Shown: one piece after another, positions 9,081 to 18,770 of the stretch
How positions within the stretch are numbered: position 1 is the stretch's first letter
Layout: each line of letters starts with the position of its first letter
DNA from: Candidatus Eiseniibacteriota bacterium
Lineage (GTDB): Bacteria > Eisenbacteria > RBG-16-71-46 > CAZAMP01
Direction of reading: 5' to 3'
Length of the DNA stretch: 64,000 bases
Assembly: GCA_965224245.1 (NCBI GenBank)
Contig: OZ245046.1
Span: forward strand, 3,744,001 to 3,808,000
Program-made: the position numbers and the translations under genes
The notes under the pieces: model-generated
Told to the model about the DNA's origin: nothing
Database searches by the model: none
The model's input: the letters and a program-made list of their open reading frames with translations, nothing else

Positions 9081-11019
9081 GTTCGACCTCCCCGGGAAGA
9101 TCCGGAATCCGTAGAAACACGACGCCGGATCCCGTCAGCCCGCCGTATGTGTGGCTCCGGACACCTGCCGGGACGAGCCACCGGGCCCGCACCCGCCCCG
9201 TCACGTCATAGGCCTCGACGCGTACGGGCCGCTCGAGTGTGCTGGCGAAGGTCACACGGACCTCTCGCCCACCGATTGCCCACCACGTGTGCCGCGGTTG
9301 CGACCCAGCATCGTCGCTCACCGAAAGAACCTCGTTACCGAGGGGATAGCGACAGAAGATCGGGTAGCCCTGGCTTCCGAACTCCTGGCTGGCTGCATCG
9401 GCACTGACGAGCACGCCCTCCGCGCCGGCGAGGATCGACCGGCCCGCCCCCTGACCGTTGTATGGACCCCACTCGTTCGTCTCGAGGACGTCGAACCACC
9501 GGAAGTCACCGCTCGAGTAGTCGAGCGCGGTGGTCAGCATCAGCTGGAGCCCACCATCGTCGTAGTTTCCGGTGGCGTAGACGAAACTGTCGTGCACCGT
9601 GACTGCCTGGTAGCCCGAGCCCGTCTGGTTCGACCGAGGAGCATCCTCGTAGACGGCGCACCAGACGATCGGCTCCTCGGTGCCGGCGTCGATGTCGCCG
9701 CGGTATCTCAGAACGCCGGGCTTCCTGCCGATCTGCCCCGCCACGATCACGTCGCATCCGACGGTCTCGACGTCGTGTGGCACGAATCGATGGTCCGGAT
9801 CGTAGACGTTCACCAGCCACTCGCTGTGGCCGGTCGCGGCCGAATGGCGCGCCGTGGTCAGCACGTACTCCGTACCGGTCGTGTGCTGGACGTAGCCGAC
9901 CGAGACGGCGATCCCGAAGTCGGACGTGACCCCGATGGAGCCCGCCACCTGATCGACGTCACCGCCGAGCCGCGTGATCAGCTCGGTCCACTCCACCCGA
10001 TCGGTCGACGTGTCGTACGACCAGAGGGTCAGAAAGTCGTCGTCGGTGCTCAGCGAGAGAACGACGATGCCGCTCGTGACCGGGTTCACGGCAGCGGTCA
10101 CGACGACCTGGTAGGACAGAGACGGCAAGCCAGGCACGTCCCAGTCCGAGCTCGCCAGCGACGCGGGAGGAAACGTGAGGAAGAACGGGAGCGCGTCGGT
10201 GGCGTCGAAGAGATCCCGGTAGTACCCGACCACGTGATTGCCCGATGGCGTCCGGAGGACGGCACCGACCCAGGTCTCGTGCTCGAGGACCGTGATTGCC
10301 CCGATGTTGAACGACCCCTGCGCCAGGATGCCACCGTGATCGAGGAGCCCGACGAAGCCATCGGTCATCGAGCCGTCGGACCGTCGTCGAGAGCCCCCGA
10401 CGAGGATCTCGGCGTCCGCCGTGCATGCGAAGTCGTCGGTGTTCAGTACGAACGTGCGCTGGTCCTGGACCGCGTCCGTGTAGAGATCGTACACCGCCTC
10501 GAGCGAATCCACGTCGGGCGCCGTGAACGAGACCGTGTGCTTGGTCGAGCCGAAGGCACCGAACGAGGGATGCGAATACGTCGCCACGCTGCCCGACAGC
10601 ACACGGTTCGCGTAGACAGCGGGCAGCGCCGATCGCCACGATCGAACCTGGATCACGCCCTCCGGGTCGATCTCGGTCACGACGCGCTCGGACCTGGGCA
10701 CCGAGGCCAGATCCACGTCGTGGGTGGCGGACTGCGTGCGGGATACGCCACACATCGAGAACCCACCACCGCCACCGTCCACGCTCGCGATGGCGAGCGT
10801 GCCGCTCGGGAACTCCTCCACGACACCCGCGCTCGAGAACGACGCCCGGAGGGAGTCTCTCGGGTCTCCGGTCAGGCGTATCCTCCCCGTGGCCTGGGGC
10901 GGAATCACGAAGTAGCCGACCGTGACGAGGCTGTCGGTCGACGTCGGGGACTGTGTCGTGGACCAGGTCGTGGCGAAGCCGGTACCCGAGGCCGGCGCAA
11001 GTGACCGCTCATCCGTCAT
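9061..11019 (-). CDS. Hypothetical beta-propeller-like protein with degenerate T9SS/FlgD-like C-terminal domain
   Basis: 652-aa ORF with GGAGGA RBS; C-terminus 'VEAYDVTGRV...SGVVFLR...AVVLR'; overlaps the next gene by 20 bp. Confidence 0.6.
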   Translation of the reverse strand: MTDERSLAPASGTGFATTWSTTQSPTSTDSLVTVGYFVIPPQATGRIRLTGDPRDSLRASFSSAGVVEEFPSGTLAIASVDGGGGGFSMCGVSRTQSATHDVDLASVPRSERVVTEIDPEGVIQVRSWRSALPAVYANRVLSGSVATYSHPSFGAFGSTKHTVSFTAPDVDSLEAVYDLYTDAVQDQRTFVLNTDDFACTADAEILVGGSRRRSDGSMTDGFVGLLDHGGILAQGSFNIGAITVLEHETWVGAVLRTPSGNHVVGYYRDLFDATDALPFFLTFPPASLASSDWDVPGLPSLSYQVVVTAAVNPVTSGIVVLSLSTDDDFLTLWSYDTSTDRVEWTELITRLGGDVDQVAGSIGVTSDFGIAVSVGYVQHTTGTEYVLTTARHSAATGHSEWLVNVYDPDHRFVPHDVETVGCDVIVAGQIGRKPGVLRYRGDIDAGTEEPIVWCAVYEDAPRSNQTGSGYQAVTVHDSFVYATGNYDDGGLQLMLTTALDYSSGDFRWFDVLETNEWGPYNGQGAGRSILAGAEGVLVSADAASQEFGSQGYPIFCRYPLGNEVLSVSDDAGSQPRHTWWAIGGREVRVTFASTLERPVRVEAYDVTGRVRARWLVPAGVRSHTYGGLTGSGVVFLRIPDLPGEVERAVVLR

Positions 11020-11138
11020 TCCTCCGATCCGGTCATGGGGATCGACCGGGGTCCCGTGACGCCGTCGTCACATCGACCCGGCATTGCCGAACGTCATTGG
11101 AGGGGTGTGGAGACGACCTCGATAGGGTGGGCGGCGAA

Positions 11139-11182
11139 TTGAGCCCATTCATTATCGACTAGTATAATACCTATTATCGACT
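11139..11182. promoter_or_regulatory. AT-rich divergent-promoter element: ATTATCGACT direct repeat (11151, 11173) flanking TATAAT
   Basis: TTGAGC(11139)-N18-TATAAT(11163); two exact 10-mers 22 bp apart. Confidence 0.5.
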
Positions 11183-11353
11183 CGAACGACAAGCGCGGAG
11201 TCAGGCTTCGGATCGGGGGGCGTGCGGCGAGTCGACGTCGAACGACACCCGGGTCACGCCGACGGGTCGACTGCCCTCCGAGCAGCGGCAGGTGGAAGTC
11301 GCTCGGATGAGGGCACTTCGCCGGTCCCGATCACCTTTGCTAGACTCCGGCGC

Positions 11354-12676
11354 ATGACATCCGAATCCCCTCGACTGACCGTGGTCGGCATCTATCCCTG
11401 GTGGACGTTCTGGGCGCTCGGCGAGGGCCGCGGCAGCCCGTCCTTCTACCTGTCCCCCAAGGGATTCGTGAACGCCGGGCACCGCATGATCATCGTCCAG
11501 CCCCGGCGGGACAATCCGCCGGGACGGGCCGAGTACCGCGGGATCGAGCTGGTCCGCTACCGGGGCGGGCCGTACACGATCATCGAGGACACCACCCAGA
11601 GCAAGCTCCGCCGCGTGGTGTCGCGCAACTGGATCTACTGGCAGTATCAGGTGGCCGCGTTCGTGGCCGGCGTGCGCGTGTGCCGGCGCGAGAAGCCCGA
11701 CGCGCTGATCGCCTACGGGGATCACTCAACGCCGGTCACCTGGCTCCTCGGGAAGCTCTTCGGAACCCCGACGGTGAACCGCCTGTTCGGGACGTTCCTG
11801 AACCGCTACCTCGAGGGCGGACCCTTCACCCGGCTGAAGCTCCTCTACCACTACATCCAGGTGCTGGGGCTCAAGGTGCCCGCCTCGTACACCGTCCTCT
11901 GCGACGACGGCTCCGAGGGCGACCGGGTGGCCGCCGCGCTCGGCGTGGACCCCGAGCGGTTCCGGTTCTGGCGAAACGGCTCCGATCACTCCCGGTACGA
12001 CCCGGACGTGGACGTGCGCGCGCTTCGCGAGCGCCTCGGGCTGCCGCAGCGGGGGACGCTTCTCTTCAACATCTCGCGCCTCCATCGTGAGAAGCGAAAC
12101 GACCGCATCATCGCCGCGCTGCCGATGGTGCTAGAACGCCATCCGGATACGCGACTCGTCTTGATCGGAAGCGGCGAGGACCGCGACCGACTCGAGACCG
12201 AGGCCCATCGTCTGGGCGTGGATCACGCGATCATCTGGACGGGATCGATCGATCAAGAAAACCTCGGCGACTACATCAACGCGTGCGACGTCTTCGTCGC
12301 GATGTCCGACCGCACGAACGCGGCCAACCCGCTGTTCGAGGCGTGTCTGTCCGGAAAGCCGCCCGTGGTGCTGAACACCGGCGGCACCGGTCGCGCGATC
12401 ACGCACGGGGTCAACGGCTGGCTCGTTCCCGAGGCCAACCCCGAGGCGCTGGGGCCGATGCTGCTCGAGATCCTCGCCGATCCCGACCGCGTGGCGGAGG
12501 TGGGACGGGCGGCGCTCGAGTGGGCGCGCGCGAACGTGCCCACGATCGAGGGGCGCCAGCGCATGGAGGTCGACATCGTCGAGCAGGCCGTGCGCGAGCA
12601 CCGCGCGCGAAAGGGCCTCGGGGATCGGGACCTCACGGTGTCCAAGTCGCCGTTGCCGCCGTCGTCGAAAGCCTGA
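11354..12676 (+). CDS. Glycosyltransferase family 4 (GT-B)
   Basis: 'ISRLHREKR', 'ACDVFVAMS...NPLFEACLSGKP', 'HGVNGWLV'; TGnTAGACT 7 nt before ATG. Confidence 0.88.
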   Translation: MTSESPRLTVVGIYPWWTFWALGEGRGSPSFYLSPKGFVNAGHRMIIVQPRRDNPPGRAEYRGIELVRYRGGPYTIIEDTTQSKLRRVVSRNWIYWQYQVAAFVAGVRVCRREKPDALIAYGDHSTPVTWLLGKLFGTPTVNRLFGTFLNRYLEGGPFTRLKLLYHYIQVLGLKVPASYTVLCDDGSEGDRVAAALGVDPERFRFWRNGSDHSRYDPDVDVRALRERLGLPQRGTLLFNISRLHREKRNDRIIAALPMVLERHPDTRLVLIGSGEDRDRLETEAHRLGVDHAIIWTGSIDQENLGDYINACDVFVAMSDRTNAANPLFEACLSGKPPVVLNTGGTGRAITHGVNGWLVPEANPEALGPMLLEILADPDRVAEVGRAALEWARANVPTIEGRQRMEVDIVEQAVREHRARKGLGDRDLTVSKSPLPPSSKA

Positions 12677-12785
12677 TACGGTCGCGAGCGGCGCTGGCGG
12701 CGGCGTCGCCGGTCGCGCCGTCGGGCCCGCCCGGCGCCGACGATGCCGTTCTCGACCACCCTTCGCCGAGGATCAGCGCGCGCTC

Positions 12786-13619
12786 ATGCCCTTCACTCGC
12801 ACCTCCGACGGCGTTCGACTCTTCTACGAGGTCACCGGCAGCGGCGAGACCGTCCTGTTCGCACACGCCTATCTCGGTCGGGCCGACGTGTGGGCCGGAC
12901 AGCGCATCGCGCTGGCCTCGCGCCTGCGGATCGCCGCGTTCGACGCGCGCGGACACGGCCGCTCCGACGCGCCCGACGACCCCGCGGCGTACAGCCTCAC
13001 GCGCTTCGTCGACGACCTGATCGACGTGCTGGACGCCCTCGAGGTCGAGTCCGCTCACCTGTGCGGGCTCAGCATGGGCGCGGAGACGGTCCTTCACGCG
13101 ATCCTGAGTCATCCGTCCCGCGTGAAGAGCGCCGTGCTGGCCGACGTCGGCACCGGCTCGGAGAACCCCGCGGGCATGCGGGCATGGGCCGACGAGATCG
13201 CCGAGTCGTTCCTGACGGTGGGGTCGGCGGGCACCTATCAGGCCATCCTGGCCGACACCGATCTCCTCGCGGGGCTCGGCATGACGCGCCGGAAGGCCGT
13301 GGAGGGAATGCGGCTCCTGGTCGAGAGCCAGTCCCCGCACGGCATGGCGTACACGATCCGGGGCGTGCTGGCCGACCGCGCGCCCATCTACGAGCTGGGC
13401 GACCGCCTCGCGACGGTGACCCAGCCCGTGCTCGTCATTCGCGGCGCGCTCGACACGCCGGTGGCCCGGCCGTCGCAGTTCCTCGTCGCGCATCTTCCGA
13501 ACGCGCGGGAGGTGGTGATCCCGGGCGTCTCACACGTCACGAACATCCAGGCCCCCGCCGACTTCAACCGCGCGCTGTCGGCGTTCCTCCGCGAGGTCAC
13601 GACCGCGCGACACGAATAG
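12786..13619 (+). CDS. Alpha/beta fold hydrolase
   Basis: 'FDARGHGRS', nucleophile elbow 'GLSMG', 'GALD', 'SHVTN'. Confidence 0.9.
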   Translation: MPFTRTSDGVRLFYEVTGSGETVLFAHAYLGRADVWAGQRIALASRLRIAAFDARGHGRSDAPDDPAAYSLTRFVDDLIDVLDALEVESAHLCGLSMGAETVLHAILSHPSRVKSAVLADVGTGSENPAGMRAWADEIAESFLTVGSAGTYQAILADTDLLAGLGMTRRKAVEGMRLLVESQSPHGMAYTIRGVLADRAPIYELGDRLATVTQPVLVIRGALDTPVARPSQFLVAHLPNAREVVIPGVSHVTNIQAPADFNRALSAFLREVTTARHE

Positions 13620-13648
13620 GACTCCCGCATGCTCGTCCGGCGCATCTC

Positions 13649-14842
13649 GTGATCGGCGCACCCATCACCGACGGCGTCGGTCGGATCACCCGCTACCACG
13701 GCGTGATCAAGTGGCCCGGCGGCAAGCACCGGGAGCTACCCGTGCTCCGCCCATACATCGGCGAGCTGGAAGGCCGCTGGGTCGAGCCGTTCGTGGGTGG
13801 GGGATCGGTCTTCCTGGCGCTGGGAACCGATCGCGAGGCGCTGGTCAACGACGCCGACCCGGATCTGATCGCGTTCTACCGGGCGATCGCGTCGCGCGAC
13901 CCCGAGCTCGTGGAGGCGCTCGGCGCGCTCGTCTCCGACTGGGCGCACCTGGGCGAGCTGGCACACGCGCTGGGTAGCTCCCTCGGAGAGCGCCTCTCGA
14001 CGTTTCGACGCGAGCCACTGACCGCGGACGAGGTCGCACGGCACGCTCCGGCCCGGGACCTCGGCTCGTTCCACGCGCGCGATCCCGTCGGCGCGCTTCA
14101 TGCCCGGATCGTCGCCTCGGTCACCGACAAGTTCGCACGGCTGACGCGCCTCGAGCACAAGCACCGCGTGACGTTCTCACCCGATCAGCTCGCCGTGCAC
14201 CTCGAGACCGCCGTCCGCGCCGGGTACTACTATCACCTTCGCGACGGCGAGCCGGCCGGCACGCCGGGCGCCCGGAGCGCCGAGTTCTTCTTCGTGCGTG
14301 AGTTCTGCTACGGATCGATGTTCCGCTACAACGCCGAGGGGAAGTTCAACATCCCGTACGGCGGGCGCGCCTACAACCGGAAGGGCTTCGCCGCCAAGGT
14401 CGCGTTCGTCACGTCGGACGCACTGGCGGGGGCTCTGGGGTCGGCAGCCGTCCACCTGGGCGACTTCGACGCGTTCTTCGACGCGGTTCGCGATCGTCTC
14501 GCGCCCACCGACTTCGTGTTCCTCGACCCGCCATACGATTCGGACTTCTCGGCCTACTCGAACCGCGCGTTCGACGTGGCCGATCACGAGCGCCTGGCCG
14601 CGAGCATCGGGGGCCTGCCGTGCCGGTGGCTGCTGGTGATCAAGAAGACGCCCGAGGTGGTGCAGACGTACGGTCACCTGGCCGGGCGGCCGGACGTGCG
14701 GTCCGCCACGTTCGCCAAGACGTACACCTACAACGTCCGCGGACGAAACGAGCGGCGGACCGAGCACTGGGTGCTGGCCCGCTCGGAATCGACGCGGAAG
14801 ACGTCCCGCCGAGCGCCTCGCCACCGCGAGCGATCCCGGTAA
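13649..14842 (+). CDS. Dam-family (D12 class) DNA adenine methyltransferase
   Basis: 'IKWPGGK', SAM-binding 'EPFVGGGSVF', 'FRYNAEGKFNIPYG', catalytic 'FLDPPY'. Confidence 0.9.
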   Translation: MIGAPITDGVGRITRYHGVIKWPGGKHRELPVLRPYIGELEGRWVEPFVGGGSVFLALGTDREALVNDADPDLIAFYRAIASRDPELVEALGALVSDWAHLGELAHALGSSLGERLSTFRREPLTADEVARHAPARDLGSFHARDPVGALHARIVASVTDKFARLTRLEHKHRVTFSPDQLAVHLETAVRAGYYYHLRDGEPAGTPGARSAEFFFVREFCYGSMFRYNAEGKFNIPYGGRAYNRKGFAAKVAFVTSDALAGALGSAAVHLGDFDAFFDAVRDRLAPTDFVFLDPPYDSDFSAYSNRAFDVADHERLAASIGGLPCRWLLVIKKTPEVVQTYGHLAGRPDVRSATFAKTYTYNVRGRNERRTEHWVLARSESTRKTSRRAPRHRERSR

Positions 14843-14877
14843 ACGACGCGGAAACCCACCGAGCGCACGCTCGCAGA

Positions 14878-17520
14878 CTAGACGCGAATGACGGTGGGAG
14901 GCTCCCGCGAGAAGCACGTCGCGTCGAGCAGGCTCTCGTGGCACGTGAAGTACAGGATCTGATGGGTCGCCGCGACGTCCGAGATCACCTCCAGCGCCCG
15001 CTCCAGGCGCGCGGGATCGAAGTTCACCAGCACGTCGTCCATCACCACCGGAAGCGCCGGGCGCGTGGCCACCGACTCGCGGATGACCGCGAGGCGAAGC
15101 GCCAGGTACAGCTGCTCGCGCGTGCCGCGACTCAGCGCCTCCGGCGCGAGCCGATCCCCGTTCGCGCGCTCGCAGATGAAGCGGGTGGCGCCGGGCTCGA
15201 CCGGCCGGAGCACACGGTCGAACGCCCCCTCGGTCAGCCGGCGGAAGTACGTGCTCGCCGTGCGCATCACGGCCGGCTGGTGCCGCTCCTGGAACCGCTC
15301 GGCCGCCTCGTCGAGCAGCACGGCGGCCGCCCTGTGGATGGCCCAGTCGGCCGCCACACGATCGACCTCGGCCACGAGCTGTGCATCGCGCTGGCGGAGC
15401 TCGGACGCGCGATCGCTCTCGCGCACCGCAGCGATGCGGCCGGCCAGCTCGCCCAGGGTCACGCGGGCCGCATCGAGGGCCGCGGTCAGCTCCAGGGTCT
15501 CGGACGTCAGCGCCGCGACCCGCTCCCGTGCGGCGGCGAAGTCGATCTCGGCCAGCTCGGTGACCGCACGAACGGCGACACGACCGCCGGCGGGGTCCGC
15601 GTCGTCGGGCGCATCGACGACGGTGTCGCCGAGGCGACGCGCGAGCGCGAGCCGCTCGGTCCGGCTGGCCCGCTCGTCCCGAGCAGCGGCGAGGCAGCGC
15701 TGGAACGCCTCGTCGGAGTCGCATCCGAACGACGCCCACAGCTCCCCGAGCTCGCCATCGGCGTGGTCGAGCCGCCGGCGGACCGTCTCGAGATCCTGTG
15801 CTCGCGCCGACACCCTTCGCTCCGCCTCGTCGCGGGCGGCCTCGGCCGCGCCCGCGTCGCGCATCGCGTCCACGATCGCATCGACGGTCGCGACGACGTC
15901 GATCTCGTCGCTGCCGGCATGCGCGACCCGGCATCCGACCGCGTCGTGGTCCCGGCACCACGTCCCGACACGCTCGGCGGCGTGGGCCAGCGAACGCTCC
16001 AGGCGTGCGCGCTCGTCCACGCGCTCACTCATCGCCTCCGCCGCGGACTCGATGGCGAGGATCTCGCGCAGCACCTCGCCCGCCTCGCCGGGCGTGAGCG
16101 ATTCGGCCAGACCGAACGTCGCGAGCGCCGCCCGCCAGTCGGTGTCCCCGCGCCTCGATCGCCACCAGTCGGCGATCCACGAGCCCGCGCCCACGGCGAG
16201 GATCAATGCGAGCACGACGCTGAGCACGGTGGCCACGTGACCGACCAGAGCCGCCACGATCGCCCCTCCGAGCATCGCCACCGCGATCCCGATCAGTGCC
16301 GCACGCGTCCGGCGGCGACGGCGTCCGAGACGCCCCATGTCGGTGGCGGCCGCGCGCGCGTTGAGGCTCCGGCAGGCCTCGCGCGCCCGCTCGCTCGTCA
16401 GCACCGCATCCCGGTCGCCGAGCACGGGAGCCAGCGCCCGTCGTCGCGCCTCGAGAGCCGACGTGGCCTGGCGGATCTCGTCCTCGACCGCGAGCGCGCG
16501 CGTGCGGTCGCGCACGACGGCGTCGCGAAGCCCGGTGAGCCGGGCTCGGTCCGCCCGTGCAGCGAGCAGCGGCGTCCGCACGACGATCGCGTCACGCTCG
16601 GCGGTGGCCCGCGCGAGCTCGGCCTCGGCCGCCGCCAGTCGTGAGCGCGCCTCGGCACGAGCCTCCACGAGCGCCGCCGCCACGCGCTCGACCTCGGGGT
16701 CGGGTAGCTCGGCGTCGCCGGCGGACGCATGCCGCGCGCGAGCGGCATCGAGCTCGCGGTATCGCCGCCAGTCGGGCTCGATCGACACCAGCTGCCGGCA
16801 GGACTCGAGCTCGGCACGGCGCGATTCGAGCTGCGCGTCGATCTCGCCGATGCGACCGCGCGTGGCGAGGTGCTCCTCCTCCCAGGCCGACACGCTGGCC
16901 GCCTGCGCGTCCAGCCGACGGCGCTCGGCGCGCACTCGATGGAGCTCGTCCACGAGGTCGTTCAACCGCCCGCCCGATCGCGGGCGAAAGAGTGCCTTCA
17001 CTCGCGACTCCAGCGTCTTGCGCACGCGATCCAGCCGGCGGGGATCCATGCCGGCCGAGGCACCGAACAGATAGTCCTCGAGCTCGCGTCCCGTGAGCGC
17101 CTTCGCATCGCTCAGCTCGCGGAGACCGAACGCGTGCACGTGCTCGACGTACGCGGGTGTGACGTCGCCGACGACCGCGTCCAGCCACTCGGGCGACACC
17201 GGATGTCCGGCCTCGGTCTCGACGTGGCGCTCGCCGCGGCGGGTGCGTCCCTCGGTCAGCGTGAGCCGCACCCGGGTGCCGTCGTCGTCCTCGATCGTCG
17301 CCCATCCGCCGTGGCAGCCCCCGGCGAGCGGCTCGCGACGCTGATGGTGGTCGCGGCGGCGCGTCTCGAACCCCACGAAGAGGGCACGGATGAAGTCGCG
17401 CAGCGTGGACTTCCCCGCCTCGTTGGGTCCCACCAGGACGTTCAGCCCCGGCGCGAACGGCCCGACCCGGCGGTCGTGGTGGATTCCGAACCCGTCGACG
17501 TGGATCTCGTGCAGTCTCAC
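14878..17520 (-). CDS. yhaN: YhaN-like SMC/Rad50-type ATPase (AAA_27) with internal TM hairpin
   Basis: Walker A 'GPNEAGKST', coiled coil, signature 'LSRGTREQLYLALRL', Walker B 'VMDDVLVNFD', 'FTCH'; GTG 17520 overlaps the upstream stop. Confidence 0.88.
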   Translation of the reverse strand: MRLHEIHVDGFGIHHDRRVGPFAPGLNVLVGPNEAGKSTLRDFIRALFVGFETRRRDHHQRREPLAGGCHGGWATIEDDDGTRVRLTLTEGRTRRGERHVETEAGHPVSPEWLDAVVGDVTPAYVEHVHAFGLRELSDAKALTGRELEDYLFGASAGMDPRRLDRVRKTLESRVKALFRPRSGGRLNDLVDELHRVRAERRRLDAQAASVSAWEEEHLATRGRIGEIDAQLESRRAELESCRQLVSIEPDWRRYRELDAARARHASAGDAELPDPEVERVAAALVEARAEARSRLAAAEAELARATAERDAIVVRTPLLAARADRARLTGLRDAVVRDRTRALAVEDEIRQATSALEARRRALAPVLGDRDAVLTSERAREACRSLNARAAATDMGRLGRRRRRTRAALIGIAVAMLGGAIVAALVGHVATVLSVVLALILAVGAGSWIADWWRSRRGDTDWRAALATFGLAESLTPGEAGEVLREILAIESAAEAMSERVDERARLERSLAHAAERVGTWCRDHDAVGCRVAHAGSDEIDVVATVDAIVDAMRDAGAAEAARDEAERRVSARAQDLETVRRRLDHADGELGELWASFGCDSDEAFQRCLAAARDERASRTERLALARRLGDTVVDAPDDADPAGGRVAVRAVTELAEIDFAAARERVAALTSETLELTAALDAARVTLGELAGRIAAVRESDRASELRQRDAQLVAEVDRVAADWAIHRAAAVLLDEAAERFQERHQPAVMRTASTYFRRLTEGAFDRVLRPVEPGATRFICERANGDRLAPEALSRGTREQLYLALRLAVIRESVATRPALPVVMDDVLVNFDPARLERALEVISDVAATHQILYFTCHESLLDATCFSREPPTVIRV

Positions 17521-18770
17521 TCGTCGGACTCCAGAAGCTCGACGGCCAGGTCGGCCGCCTTGGACACCACGACCTCGAGCTCGGCCCCGGTGGGGGCGTA
17601 GCGGCGCCGCACGTCGGCCAGGGGGCGTTCCACGTCGCGGATGGCCTCGGACACGCGATCGGCGACACCGTCGCCGGCGAGGATCTCGCCCGCGATCTCC
17701 CGGACCTCGCCGGCGATCGTGGGCGTCCGGGACGCTCGCGCCGCCACCGGCGGGCGGGTCGCGACGGTCACGCTCTCGACGACGACGAACCCGCCCTCGT
17801 CGGTGAGGTCGCGCTCGACGTCGCGCAGCACGTCGTCCAGACATCCCGGGACCGCCAGTGCCCGGTGCACCGGCCCCTCGCCGGAGATCCGGAGGCACGC
17901 GACCAGCGAGCGGCCGGCCGCGTGGCGGCGCGCGCGCAGCTCGTCGGTGATGCGCCCGACGAGGAACGTCGCGTCGTCCAGCCCCTCGATCGTGACCTCG
18001 ACCGCCTCCCAGCGGACGACGTCCAGCGGCACGAACTCGGGCTCGGGTACGCCGCCTCGGACGCGCACGACGAGGCACCCGCGGGGACCCCGCTCCTTGC
18101 GATGCCGGCCCTGCGGCGTACCCGCGTACACGACGAGGGGATCGGCCCGGCGCAGGACGCTCGGCGCGTGCACGTGTCCGAGCGCCCAGTAGTCGAACCC
18201 CGAGGTCGTCAGGTCCGAGAGCGTGCACGGCGCGTACGGACGGTGATCGGTATCGCCGTCCACGTTGGTGTGCAGGAGCCCGATCGCGAACGGCTCGGTC
18301 CCACGGCGAAAGCGCAGCGCCAGGTTGTCGACGACCTCGCGCCGCGTGAACGAGATCCCGTGGATCCGCGCGACCTCGAGCCCGCCCCGGCGGAGCGGCA
18401 CCGACGAGACCCGGCCGCCGAACACGTGAACCCCGGCGCCCCATCCCCGGGTGGAGCCCGGCGAGAGCGGATCGTGGTTGCCGTGCACGACGAACGACGG
18501 GATGCCGCGCGCCGCCAGCGCACTCAGTCGTTCCCGGAATCGGTGCTCGGCCCGGAGGCTCCGGTCGTCGGCGTCGAACACGTCGCCGGCGATCAGGAGC
18601 GCATCGGCGCCGACGCGCTCGCAGAGGGCCACGACGGCGTCGAACGCGGCGAACGTCGCGTCGACGAGCGCGGCCTGCACGTGAGGGTTCGACTGCCGCC
18701 CCAGCCCCACGAACGGGCTGTCCAGGTGCAGATCCGCGGCGTGGACGAACGTGAAGTCGGTCGCGCTCAC
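17517..18770 (-). CDS. yhaO: YhaO-like Mre11/SbcD metallophosphoesterase (DNA repair exonuclease)
   Basis: 'HAADLHLDS', 'AGDVFD', 'GNHD', 'YWALGHVH', 'GTPQGR'. Confidence 0.9.
   Translation of the reverse strand: MSATDFTFVHAADLHLDSPFVGLGRQSNPHVQAALVDATFAAFDAVVALCERVGADALLIAGDVFDADDRSLRAEHRFRERLSALAARGIPSFVVHGNHDPLSPGSTRGWGAGVHVFGGRVSSVPLRRGGLEVARIHGISFTRREVVDNLALRFRRGTEPFAIGLLHTNVDGDTDHRPYAPCTLSDLTTSGFDYWALGHVHAPSVLRRADPLVVYAGTPQGRHRKERGPRGCLVVRVRGGVPEPEFVPLDVVRWEAVEVTIEGLDDATFLVGRITDELRARRHAAGRSLVACLRISGEGPVHRALAVPGCLDDVLRDVERDLTDEGGFVVVESVTVATRPPVAARASRTPTIAGEVREIAGEILAGDGVADRVSEAIRDVERPLADVRRRYAPTGAELEVVVSKAADLAVELLESDE

Noticed and set aside
14878-18444. 1188-aa ORF call for the SMC-like ATPase
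   Set aside because: The N-terminal ~300 aa are a shadow frame of yhaO; the real start is GTG 17520, just before the 'LHEIHVDGFG' and Walker A motifs.
13649-18770. Dam + yhaN/yhaO as one restriction or defence operon
   Set aside because: The genes are convergent, not co-transcribed, and no known system has this composition; reported separately.
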